This document shows positions 1 through 8,659 of a stretch of DNA of 64,000 nt, piece by piece. Position numbers and translations under genes: made by a program. This DNA comes from Spirochaetota bacterium (lineage in GTDB: Bacteria > Spirochaetota > UBA4802 > UBA5368): positions 42,862 through 106,861 of the forward strand of contig SCSX01000084.1 in assembly GCA_004297825.1 (NCBI GenBank), read 5' to 3'. The stretch's first letter is position 1. Each line of letters starts with the position of its first letter. A model generated the notes under the pieces. It was not told the DNA's origin. It ran no database searches and saw only the letters and a list, made by a program, of their open reading frames with translations.

Positions 1-88
1 TTGCTTGAGTTTGATTGTATCCTGGGTAAGTATATTCAAGTTTGATTTTTTCGAATAAACCGCCGTCGCGTAAGCATCGAGGAAGCCC

Positions 89-622
89 ATGCCGGTATGT
101 TCATTCAAGAATAAGATCCCCGTGATAGGGAAAGGTACCTGGATCGCGCCCAACGCGTATGTTATCGGCGATGTACGTATCGGCAGGGATTGTTTCATCG
201 GCTTTGGTGCGACCATCCGCGCCGATTTCGGCACCATAATAATTGGAAATGCGAGCGCCGTGGAAGAGGGCGTGGTGATCCACGGCCCGGGGCTTACCGA
301 GATCGGTAACTCGGTCATCCTGGGCCACCTGGCGATGGTGCACGCGTCGATCGTCCGGGACTTCGCCCTCATCGGTATGCAGGCGCTCATCACCGATAAT
401 TCCCTCGTGGAGGAGTGGGCCATCGTGGCGGAAAAGTCCCATGTAAGGAAGAAACAGGTGATACCGTCCGGAACCATCTTCGGGGGAATTCCCGCTGAGG
501 AGGTCGGCAAGGTGACACAGCGCCATCGCGATCTGCTGGCCTTGGGCCAGCAGGCCTACAAAGACCTGGCGGCACAATATACGGAGACTTACAGGGAAAT
601 TGAGTGGATTCCATCTCCATGA
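89..622 (+). CDS. Hexapeptide-repeat (left-handed beta-helix) protein, gamma-carbonic-anhydrase/PaaY/CaiE-like family
   Basis: 177 aa. Repeated [LIV]-G-x-x-x-x hexapeptide pattern (VIGDVRIGRDCFIGFGATIRA..IGNASAVEEGVVIHG..IGNSVILGH) typical of the gamma-CA/YrdA/PaaY family. Hydrolase versus acyltransferase cannot be decided from the sequence. Confidence 0.7.
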   Translation: MPVCSFKNKIPVIGKGTWIAPNAYVIGDVRIGRDCFIGFGATIRADFGTIIIGNASAVEEGVVIHGPGLTEIGNSVILGHLAMVHASIVRDFALIGMQALITDNSLVEEWAIVAEKSHVRKKQVIPSGTIFGGIPAEEVGKVTQRHRDLLALGQQAYKDLAAQYTETYREIEWIPSP

Positions 623-673
623 AGCGAATTTAAAAAATGGCGGATTAGACTCATTTCAGCATTCCCAATCGCT

Positions 674-1591
674 ATGCACACAAAAATACTGATCATTGCC
701 GATATAGAAGGGAGCTCGGGGTGCCGGGACTATGAATCATCGGCATTCAAAACCAAAAAATGGGCCGGGGCGTGCGTTGAAATGTCAAAGGACGTCAATG
801 CGCTCGTGAAGGCCCTGCTGGACGCGGGCGCGGAACAAATCTTCGTAAAGGACTTCCATAGAACGGGATTCAATCTCTTTCCGGAACTGATAGACCCAAG
901 GGCTCGGATTATACCAGGCTACATAAACGGCATGGTTCCCGGCATTGGCGATCCTCCCGAAGTGACCGGCCTCATGATGACGGGGATGCACGCATCGTCG
1001 GGATCGGGCGGATTCCTCGCGCATACCCTGACTTCGAGAATAGAGAGGCTCACGGTAAACGGAACCCCCATGGCCGAGGTGGAGCTTTTTTCATCGGCCC
1101 TTGCACCTTTTAACATACGCCCCATATTCTTTTCAGGCTGCCCGGTGGCGTGCGCGGAGGCGCAGCGCGCTATAAAAAACATTACGGTCCACGCCATCGA
1201 TAAGGCAGGGAACAATAGATTCAATTCGGATGCGTGGAGAACACAACTTGCCGCAAGGGGCGTGGAATCGCTCATGAACGATAAGACCATACCATGCCTG
1301 TTGACAGGACCATTCAGCGCAAAGGTTGTAATGCGTGATGGGCCAATGTACGCGAAGAAGCTGGCCGAACGATGGGGATTCAAGTACAAGGGGAATACGG
1401 TATTCCTGGAGGAAAAGGAGATTCGGGATCTGTACCACAACCTGATCAGGCTTTGCTACCTGACACCATTCGTTGAAAAGATACTCCCGCTGGGATTACC
1501 GCTTTATAATCTATACGGATTATGGGGACGCAAATGGGCTATGAAGCACTCTGATTATCGCCGCCATACATGGATGAGATCTCATTTTTAA
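674..1591 (+). CDS. M55-family D-aminopeptidase (DppA-like)
   Basis: 305 aa. N-terminal ILIIADIEGSSG resembles the DppA motif (MSVDMEGISG). Conserved H-rich core (FHRTG, GMHASSGSGGFLAHT) in the expected order. The 3' end overlaps the convergent gene by 53 nt; both ends are fixed by stop codons. Confidence 0.5.
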   Translation: MHTKILIIADIEGSSGCRDYESSAFKTKKWAGACVEMSKDVNALVKALLDAGAEQIFVKDFHRTGFNLFPELIDPRARIIPGYINGMVPGIGDPPEVTGLMMTGMHASSGSGGFLAHTLTSRIERLTVNGTPMAEVELFSSALAPFNIRPIFFSGCPVACAEAQRAIKNITVHAIDKAGNNRFNSDAWRTQLAARGVESLMNDKTIPCLLTGPFSAKVVMRDGPMYAKKLAERWGFKYKGNTVFLEEKEIRDLYHNLIRLCYLTPFVEKILPLGLPLYNLYGLWGRKWAMKHSDYRRHTWMRSHF

Positions 1592-3347
1592 AGCGTTCCG
1601 TGATATTCTTCCTTTTAATCTTCAACGTCGGCGTGATCTCTCCCTCTTCCTGCAAGAATTCCCGCGGAAGGACGATGAATTTTTTAATGCTTTCATATTT
1701 CGCAAGATTTTCATTTATCCGATCAATCCCTTTCTGGACCGCCCGCAGTATATCATGCGATAGGATCAAATTCTCAAATCTTTCGCCCGGGATATTGTGC
1801 CGCTTCGCATAGTCTTTCGTGTCCGCCATGTCGAGCGTGATAAGCGCGGTAAGATAATTTTTTCTGTCCCCGTAAACCATCGCATTGGAAACCATGGGAA
1901 TTTTTTTGAGCATATTCTCGATGTTCTGGGGAGATATCTTTTTCCCTCCCGATGTTACAATGAGGTCTTTTTTCCTGTCGTTGATCACCAGGAAGCCGTC
2001 AGCGTCCCAGTATCCTATGTCGCCGGTATAACACCAGCCGCCCTGTAGTATCTCTTTCGTGAGGGAAGGCTTGTTGCAGTACCCGAGGAAGTTGTTGCCG
2101 TGTATTAATATCTCGCCGTCATCGGCGATTTTAACCTCGAAACCGGGCATGGGCATCCCCACCGTGCCGTAACGGCATTTTTCGAATGTGGTCATCGTTC
2201 CTCCAAGGGTCTCCGTGAGGCCGTAAAACTCGATCACCTGTATTCCAATGCTGTGAATAAATTCTCCCACCGCAGCCGAGAGCGGAGCTCCCGCCGATAC
2301 GGCAAACCGGAGCTGCCCGCCCAGCAGGTCCCGTATCTTTTTGAAAACGAGCAGATCGGCCAGCGAAAATGCAAGACTCAATAGTATGGAAACATGTCCC
2401 TTTGAGTTCATCCCCCTGCTTCTCATCGTTCCGATCGTCACCGCGAAGGAGAATATCATCCGCTTCAACGGGGATCCCTGTTTCACGTTGTTCAGTATCC
2501 TGCCGTGGACCTTTTCAAATATGCGGGGCACGCTGGTAAAATATGTGGGGCGGACTTCCATCATATTTTTTGCCAAAGTATCAATCGATTCGGCGACGGC
2601 AAACGGGACGTTTTTGAAAATATTGTAGTAGTAGCCGGATATCCTCGGATAGAAATGCGAGAGGGGGAGCACCATCAGGGACAGGTTCGACTCCGGATCA
2701 ATGCGGATCAGGTCATCGATCGATTTCAGGACATAGACGGTATTCCCGTGACTCACCATGCACCCCTTCGGGGGGCCGGTAGTTCCGGAGGTATAGACGA
2801 TAGTCGCCATTTTCGATGGATCGATCGATCGGGCGATTTTTTCAATTCTGCCGCCAAGAGCATTGAAACTTTTTCTGCCGATTTCAAGAAGGTCGGAGTA
2901 TGAAATGACATTTTTCTGTTTAGGCCGCTTTCCGTGTATGAGGATGATCTTTTTCAAACCGAGCCCTTTCCCTTTTGACAGGACCTTGGCGAGCTGCAGC
3001 TCATCTTCCACCACGACATACTTTGATCCTGAATCCCTAATGATATAGGCGCATTGATCGGGGGTATTCGTGTGATATACCGGCACGTCGGCTCCACCCA
3101 TCATCATGCATCCCAGGTCGGCGATGATCCATTCATAGCGGTTTGACGAGAGTATCGCCATCCTGTCGGCGGTCTTCATGCCCAGCTTTGCAAGGCCGCA
3201 TGCAAAGGCCATCGTCGTCTCCCTCAATTCCTTCCAGGTTACGTCGCTATAGTCAGCCCCTTTATTCTTTTTAAACTTGAGGATAGTCGTATGAGGATAT
3301 GCCAGAGCGTTATCCAGAAATATGTCGATGATTGTATCTCCGCCCAT
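1539..3347 (-). CDS. Long-chain fatty-acid--CoA ligase (AMP-forming, ANL superfamily)
   Basis: 602 aa. AMP-binding signature YTSGTTGPPKG, followed by YGLTET, the GYWD..G motif and a C-terminal KIKR lysine. Confidence 0.85.
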   Translation of the reverse strand: MGGDTIIDIFLDNALAYPHTTILKFKKNKGADYSDVTWKELRETTMAFACGLAKLGMKTADRMAILSSNRYEWIIADLGCMMMGGADVPVYHTNTPDQCAYIIRDSGSKYVVVEDELQLAKVLSKGKGLGLKKIILIHGKRPKQKNVISYSDLLEIGRKSFNALGGRIEKIARSIDPSKMATIVYTSGTTGPPKGCMVSHGNTVYVLKSIDDLIRIDPESNLSLMVLPLSHFYPRISGYYYNIFKNVPFAVAESIDTLAKNMMEVRPTYFTSVPRIFEKVHGRILNNVKQGSPLKRMIFSFAVTIGTMRSRGMNSKGHVSILLSLAFSLADLLVFKKIRDLLGGQLRFAVSAGAPLSAAVGEFIHSIGIQVIEFYGLTETLGGTMTTFEKCRYGTVGMPMPGFEVKIADDGEILIHGNNFLGYCNKPSLTKEILQGGWCYTGDIGYWDADGFLVINDRKKDLIVTSGGKKISPQNIENMLKKIPMVSNAMVYGDRKNYLTALITLDMADTKDYAKRHNIPGERFENLILSHDILRAVQKGIDRINENLAKYESIKKFIVLPREFLQEEGEITPTLKIKRKNITERFKNEISSMYGGDNQSAS

Positions 3348-3377
3348 AGTCTGCCCCCGAATATTTTATGATATGGT

Positions 3378-4619
3378 CTACTTCTTCTGTAACAGCATTT
3401 CCATGAAGGCATCCGCCCTCGTCTGGAACTGCGCCATGGAAAAATTTCTCTCGTCCATATGATCGCCGTCTATCACGAGTGACGGTATCCCGAGATCCTT
3501 TTCAAGGGCCCTCTTGATATCCATCTGGCCCAGGGTGATGGGATGGCATGATTTATTGCTGTGCAGTATTGCCCCGTCGATGTGATATTCCCTGCATGCC
3601 TTAAGCACCATCTCCTTTCGTTTTTTGATGGAGACGCAGGAGACCATTGGGTACGACATCAGGCTCTTCATGGCCAGCGTCTCTATCGGGTTCTTCACAT
3701 CAAGCCTCAGGGACCATGCCGCCGAATAGGTTTCCGCCACCATGACTCCTCCCATGGTTTCGAAATAATTCAGCAGGCCCATGTTGTACCAGGGAGGAAT
3801 ATTGTCCCAGAAAAGGCGCACTTTTTCGTTTTCGATAACCCCGATTTTCGAAAGGGCCCTCTCCCTCACTTCGTCCCTCACCCTGGTCAGGTAATCCACC
3901 GCGGTTTGCGTTCCCTGACGGGTGACCATGACGAACATAATGCCGATCTCGGCCGCCGAAAAAGGCGTGGGGATGCTTTTTCTGTAGGCCATGATCTCAT
4001 CCCAGAGCGCGCACGCCCGGTCGGAGAGCATGACGACTTCCGCCAGCCTGTCACGATCGAGCGTGCGTCCCGTCGCTTCGGTGAGGAATTCGATGAGCCG
4101 GTTTATTTCGCTCACCGCATATCTCAGGTGATCCTCTCTAATATCTTCTACGGCGACTTGAGGAAGATCGGCCCTGAATACTTTTGCATCGGGGAAGCGC
4201 TCTTCCATGATGTGGAAAATTTTCATGACGGGGATGCATCCGGCCCCGGGGGAGATTATAAGATCCGGCTCTGGGAGGCCGCCCAGGGGGCCTCCCCCGT
4301 TCTTCATCAGGCCGTACACATATCCGTTGATGTTTCGAAGATAGCCGCAGAGGTCCCGCGAATATCCCATCTCCTCGGTGACGCGAAAATTTTCCGGCGT
4401 GAGCCCGAAGGCGGCGCAGATGGGAGACCAGTTTTCCGGAAACACCGGCTGGAGGTCCATGGCGTAAAATATCTCAATTCCCCCGTTCATCGGGGGCATC
4501 CACCCTACGGGTTTCCCCATGCCCCTGGCCTGGTTGCATTCCTGGTAATACTCGATAATTATCCTGCTGAGCTCCTTTGCGGTAGTGAGTCTTTTCTTGG
4601 ATTTGCCGGATTTTTCCAT
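3378..4619 (-). CDS. 2-hydroxyacyl-CoA dehydratase / benzoyl-CoA reductase D-component subunit (HgdA/FldB/BcrB-like, HGD-D family)
   Basis: 413 aa. Cysteine-containing blocks typical of HGD-D proteins (CAAFG, LCGY, ISPGAGCIP, KSCHP). Paired with a second HGD-D paralog immediately downstream. Confidence 0.7.
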   Translation of the reverse strand: MEKSGKSKKRLTTAKELSRIIIEYYQECNQARGMGKPVGWMPPMNGGIEIFYAMDLQPVFPENWSPICAAFGLTPENFRVTEEMGYSRDLCGYLRNINGYVYGLMKNGGGPLGGLPEPDLIISPGAGCIPVMKIFHIMEERFPDAKVFRADLPQVAVEDIREDHLRYAVSEINRLIEFLTEATGRTLDRDRLAEVVMLSDRACALWDEIMAYRKSIPTPFSAAEIGIMFVMVTRQGTQTAVDYLTRVRDEVRERALSKIGVIENEKVRLFWDNIPPWYNMGLLNYFETMGGVMVAETYSAAWSLRLDVKNPIETLAMKSLMSYPMVSCVSIKKRKEMVLKACREYHIDGAILHSNKSCHPITLGQMDIKRALEKDLGIPSLVIDGDHMDERNFSMAQFQTRADAFMEMLLQKK

Positions 4620-4689
4620 TCCGATACCCCGACTAGTTGATAATATGTAACGTGCGTGTGAAGGGCTTGCCGATCATATTTGTCGGCGC

Positions 4690-5802
4690 CTATTTTAAAA
4701 TCTCCAAGAAGCTTTCGATTCGGGTCATAAATTGACCGTCTACATCGGGTGACTCCGCGATCTCGATGGCCAGGGACGGAATGCCCTTTGCATTCAGCTC
4801 GCGCGCCAGTACGGGGTGGTCCGCAAGATGCGGGGTGCAGAATTTTTGAAAGAGAAACAGTACGCCTTTGGCGCCGGACGCCTGTATAAGATCCGCGAGG
4901 TGTGGCAGGCGCTCCAGAACCCTGCTCCTCGAGGGGCAGGGAAACCGGTTCATATATCGATCGATCAGCGCATCGACCGCATCCTTGCCGGAACCCGAGG
5001 GCGGGGAAAAATTACGATAACCGGTGCAGAGATCATCAGCGACGATCCTTCCCCCGCGGTCCTCTACTATTTCAAACAACCGGGTATTTTCGATGATGCT
5101 GCCGGAAACAAGGATCGGAACACCGTCCGGTTTTCGCGTCGCTGTCGTAGTGAAGGTCGATACAAGGGTTTTAAGCATCGCCAGGTAATCCGCGGGAGGG
5201 GTAATGAATCCGGCGAGTACCACGTACAGGAAGTCGCCGGCCGACAAGGGAAGACTCCCGCGATATCTCATCGTATACATGTCGAGCATTGCCTGGCGGA
5301 TCTCCCCGTATAATTCAAGGGACGATCTCAACTTGCCTTCCTGAAAATCACCCCCGATGGATTCGAGCATTTTCACCAGGTCCATCATGCGGGCGCGCAT
5401 GAATTCCCCGGAAGCGGCCGATTTATTGTAGGGGAGCGGCATTGAGTAGAAGAGTTTCCCCCCGATATTCTCTTCCCAGATGTTCACGATGCCGCAGGCG
5501 GCGTCGCAGGTGTATCCCTGGATGATGCCGGAAAGGAAATTATATTCTCCGCCAAGGCCCTTTTCAAGCGCGCCTCTCACGTAGGGACAGATAAAGCTTG
5601 GCACGAGGGAATAGGCTTTATCCGTCTGCCGTGAGCTGCCGGTCAATCGTACCGGGACGATTCCCATGGAGTGGATCAGCTCAAGGGGCGTATAGGTGCA
5701 GAAATATCCGATAATCGCCTTGCCGCGCGAGGCAATTTCAGTCAGATACGCTTGTTCGTTTCGAACAATTTCAACGAAGGGCTCGACCATTTTAGATCTC
5801 AT
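4690..5802 (-). CDS. 2-hydroxyacyl-CoA dehydratase / benzoyl-CoA reductase subunit (HgdB/FldC/BcrC-like, HGD-D family)
   Basis: 370 aa. N-terminal IGYFCTYTPLELI, plus SFICPYVRG and GYTCDAACG motifs characteristic of the beta subunit of 2-hydroxyglutaryl-CoA dehydratase-type enzymes. Confidence 0.7.
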   Translation of the reverse strand: MRSKMVEPFVEIVRNEQAYLTEIASRGKAIIGYFCTYTPLELIHSMGIVPVRLTGSSRQTDKAYSLVPSFICPYVRGALEKGLGGEYNFLSGIIQGYTCDAACGIVNIWEENIGGKLFYSMPLPYNKSAASGEFMRARMMDLVKMLESIGGDFQEGKLRSSLELYGEIRQAMLDMYTMRYRGSLPLSAGDFLYVVLAGFITPPADYLAMLKTLVSTFTTTATRKPDGVPILVSGSIIENTRLFEIVEDRGGRIVADDLCTGYRNFSPPSGSGKDAVDALIDRYMNRFPCPSRSRVLERLPHLADLIQASGAKGVLFLFQKFCTPHLADHPVLARELNAKGIPSLAIEIAESPDVDGQFMTRIESFLEILK

Positions 5803-5888
5803 GATAATTTTCCATATTGTAGTTCAACTGTCAGGCATAGCTTGCAAAATATTAAAGGCCTGTAACAACATCGAGCGACAGCCGCATA

Positions 5889-7580
5889 TCATGCGGAACC
5901 GGCCATGATCTTTCTAAGGTCCTTCTTTAAAATCTTGCCGACAGTGCTCAAGGGGAGCTGGTCCAGGAACTCAATCCGTTTGGGAATTTTATAGGGGGCC
6001 AGTTTCGATTCTAAGAATGAAATAATATCGGCCCTCATTGTATCGTTCCCTTCGCGATCCGGTTTCAGAACAATCGCCGAGGCGACGATCTCGGAGCCGG
6101 GCCTCCTGGGATCGGGAAGGCCCACCGTTGCCGCCATGGCAATATCGGTATGCTCAAGAAGGACTTCATCCACCACGCGCGTAAACACCTTGAATCCCGA
6201 AACGTTCACCATGTCCTTTATCCTGTCGACGATATACAGGTATCCCTCTTCGTCCATCGTACCGACATCGCCCGTACGGAACCAGCCGTTATTCAAAGCA
6301 TTGGCCGTCTCCTCCGATTGCCTATGGTATCCGGTGAATATCTGCGGGCCTTTCACCACCACCTCTCCCGGTTCGCCTGCGGGCATGAGCGCGCCCGTTT
6401 CCGGATCCAGGATTTTTATTTCCGTATCCGATATCGGAACCCCTACCGATCCGACTTTCCTCTTGCCTTTTACCGGGGGTGCCGCCACGCATGTGGTAGT
6501 TTCGGTCAGGCCGTAGGTTTCAATTATGGTTCCACCGACGAGCTTTTCAAACTGCTTGATGGTCTCGGCCGGGAAGGGCGCGGATCCGCTCAGGTAATAG
6601 TTCACGTTCGACAGGTCGAGGGAGCAGAATTCCTTGTATTTCATGAGTTCGATGTATATCGTCGGTACCGCTATTATCGAAGTGGGCTTGTGCTTTTTTA
6701 TCAGGGAGATCGTGAATTTCATATCCCGTGGGTTTGGAATAAGTATATATGAGCTCCCAATGGAAAAATGACCCATTGAGATGAAGCATCCGGCCATGTG
6801 AAACATGGGGTAGGGACAGAGTGTCGTCTCGTTCCATTTGTTGAAATTGTACCAGGCGTTATTCTGAATCATATGATTAACGAGGTTGCTCTGAGACAGC
6901 AGCGCTCCCTTGGGCTTGCCGGTAGTTCCGCCCGTATAGACCATGATGCAGGGACTTTGCGGATCGACCTTCACCAGTATTGAATCCCCCGACATGCCTT
7001 TCAGCATTTCCTGGAATCGTACTACCTTGATAACGGGTAATGGATGTATTTTCCCCGTGGGTATCTTTTTTAGGAGAAGGCCGGGTATTTTTTTCATCAC
7101 GGGCATATAATCGGCTATGGAGGTTACGAGTGCCCACCGAACACCTGTATTTTGCAGCGTTGCCTTGAATTTATCGAACAGCAGGTCGATCGTTACCACA
7201 AACCTCGTCCCTGAATCGTTCAACTGATATTCGAACTCCTCGGCGGTAAGAAGGGGGCTGAGTCCCTGATATACACAGCCGGCTTTTTGAATTCCGATAA
7301 GGCTGATAAAGCAGGCAGGAATATTGGGAAGGTTAACCGCGACGAAATCGCCCGGCGTGCATCCGTTCCTGACCAGGAAATGCGCAAACCTATTTGAAAG
7401 TTCATCCAGTTCCCGGTAGGTTATTCCTTTCCCCATGTAATAAAGGGCTACTCGATCGGGTACCTTGCTGAATGCCTCGCGGAGATATTCGGCGTAGCTG
7501 ATTTTTGGATAATCAAGTTCGGGCGCTACATCGGGATCATAATGCCGTAACCATGGTTTTGCCGAATAAAAATCATCCAT
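5889..7580 (-). CDS. AMP-dependent synthetase/ligase (acyl- or aryl-CoA ligase)
   Basis: ANL signature YTGGTTGKPKGA and ETYGLTET present. The likely start is MDDFYS at 7580 (AGGGGG RBS) rather than the 7607 start in the ORF track. Confidence 0.85.
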   Translation of the reverse strand: MDDFYSAKPWLRHYDPDVAPELDYPKISYAEYLREAFSKVPDRVALYYMGKGITYRELDELSNRFAHFLVRNGCTPGDFVAVNLPNIPACFISLIGIQKAGCVYQGLSPLLTAEEFEYQLNDSGTRFVVTIDLLFDKFKATLQNTGVRWALVTSIADYMPVMKKIPGLLLKKIPTGKIHPLPVIKVVRFQEMLKGMSGDSILVKVDPQSPCIMVYTGGTTGKPKGALLSQSNLVNHMIQNNAWYNFNKWNETTLCPYPMFHMAGCFISMGHFSIGSSYILIPNPRDMKFTISLIKKHKPTSIIAVPTIYIELMKYKEFCSLDLSNVNYYLSGSAPFPAETIKQFEKLVGGTIIETYGLTETTTCVAAPPVKGKRKVGSVGVPISDTEIKILDPETGALMPAGEPGEVVVKGPQIFTGYHRQSEETANALNNGWFRTGDVGTMDEEGYLYIVDRIKDMVNVSGFKVFTRVVDEVLLEHTDIAMAATVGLPDPRRPGSEIVASAIVLKPDREGNDTMRADIISFLESKLAPYKIPKRIEFLDQLPLSTVGKILKKDLRKIMAGSA

Positions 7581-7778
7581 TGGGACCCCCTTTTTCCTGG
7601 TGAACATTGATTACCTTATATCTGTCATATGTCGACAATTATATATATATTAGTATTTGTCAAGTTATAAATATTTCCGAAATTAAGGCCTGTCTTTCCG
7701 GGAACAGGAAGCCGGTAAAATTTTCTTGATTATTTGTTCGTAAAGCACAGCAAATGCATTTTTCGGAGAAACACTGGT

Positions 7779-8441
7779 ATGAACTTTACCCTATCGGAAA
7801 ACCTTTCCAGCCAGATAACGCACTACCTCACTGAAAGAATAATCAGCGGAGATCTCAGGCCGGGCGAACGCATCCAGGAAATACCCCTGGCGGCGGAGCT
7901 CGGCGTCAGCCGCGCGCCGATTCGCGAAGCCCTTCAGATACTGCGCAGGAACAGACTGGTCGAGCTAACCCCCCGGCACGGCGCACGCGTCACGCCCCTT
8001 TCGCGGGAGTACGTAGAATGGCTCTACGAGATCCTGGTCGAGCTGTACTCAATCGTCGTCCGCCAGCTCATAACCAGGCCCGATAAAGAGCGATTGTCCA
8101 GGTTCGAGGTCGCACTTGAAAAGATAGAGGCCATGTCCCGGGAGGGAGAGGAGCGGGCCTATTATAACGCCCGGATGGAGTATGCGCTGATAGGGCTCGA
8201 GGGGAGCAGCAACCTGTTGCTGAAGGAGACGATGTACGATTTTATTCCCAGCGTCATGAGGGTACAGCATCTCGCCCTGACGAAACGCCTGGGCAACATA
8301 AAAATGACAATGCAGTACCTGAAGACCTTCAACGACGCCATGAAAACGGGGGAGGTCGACCGGGGCGTGACGGCAATACGCGACTTGCTTCAATGCGACA
8401 AGGAATTCGCCATCAGGGCGATAGGGGAAGAGCAGCAGTGA
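7779..8441 (+). CDS. GntR-family transcriptional regulator (FadR/FCD subfamily)
   Basis: N-terminal winged HTH (ISGDLRPGERIQEIPLAAELGVSRAPIREALQIL) with a C-terminal all-helical FCD-like domain. Divergent from the CoA-ligase/dehydratase cluster. Start chosen at MNFTLS. Confidence 0.75.
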   Translation: MNFTLSENLSSQITHYLTERIISGDLRPGERIQEIPLAAELGVSRAPIREALQILRRNRLVELTPRHGARVTPLSREYVEWLYEILVELYSIVVRQLITRPDKERLSRFEVALEKIEAMSREGEERAYYNARMEYALIGLEGSSNLLLKETMYDFIPSVMRVQHLALTKRLGNIKMTMQYLKTFNDAMKTGEVDRGVTAIRDLLQCDKEFAIRAIGEEQQ

Positions 8442-8659
8442 TCGTCGGATCGCCCGTGCGTCAAGGTCTCTGCTTACTTTGACCGGCGCACTATCCTTAC
8501 AACTACACTGAAGACTGTCCTCCAGGGAAGGCTGGGAAAACCTCCCCCATTATACTATTTGACATATCCGATTTCCCGTGCATAAGGAATGCTCCGGTCC
8601 GTTTTTCCACGACGGATTATTCCTGAAAATTCCATGCGGCAACTGGATGAGGTCCCTTC

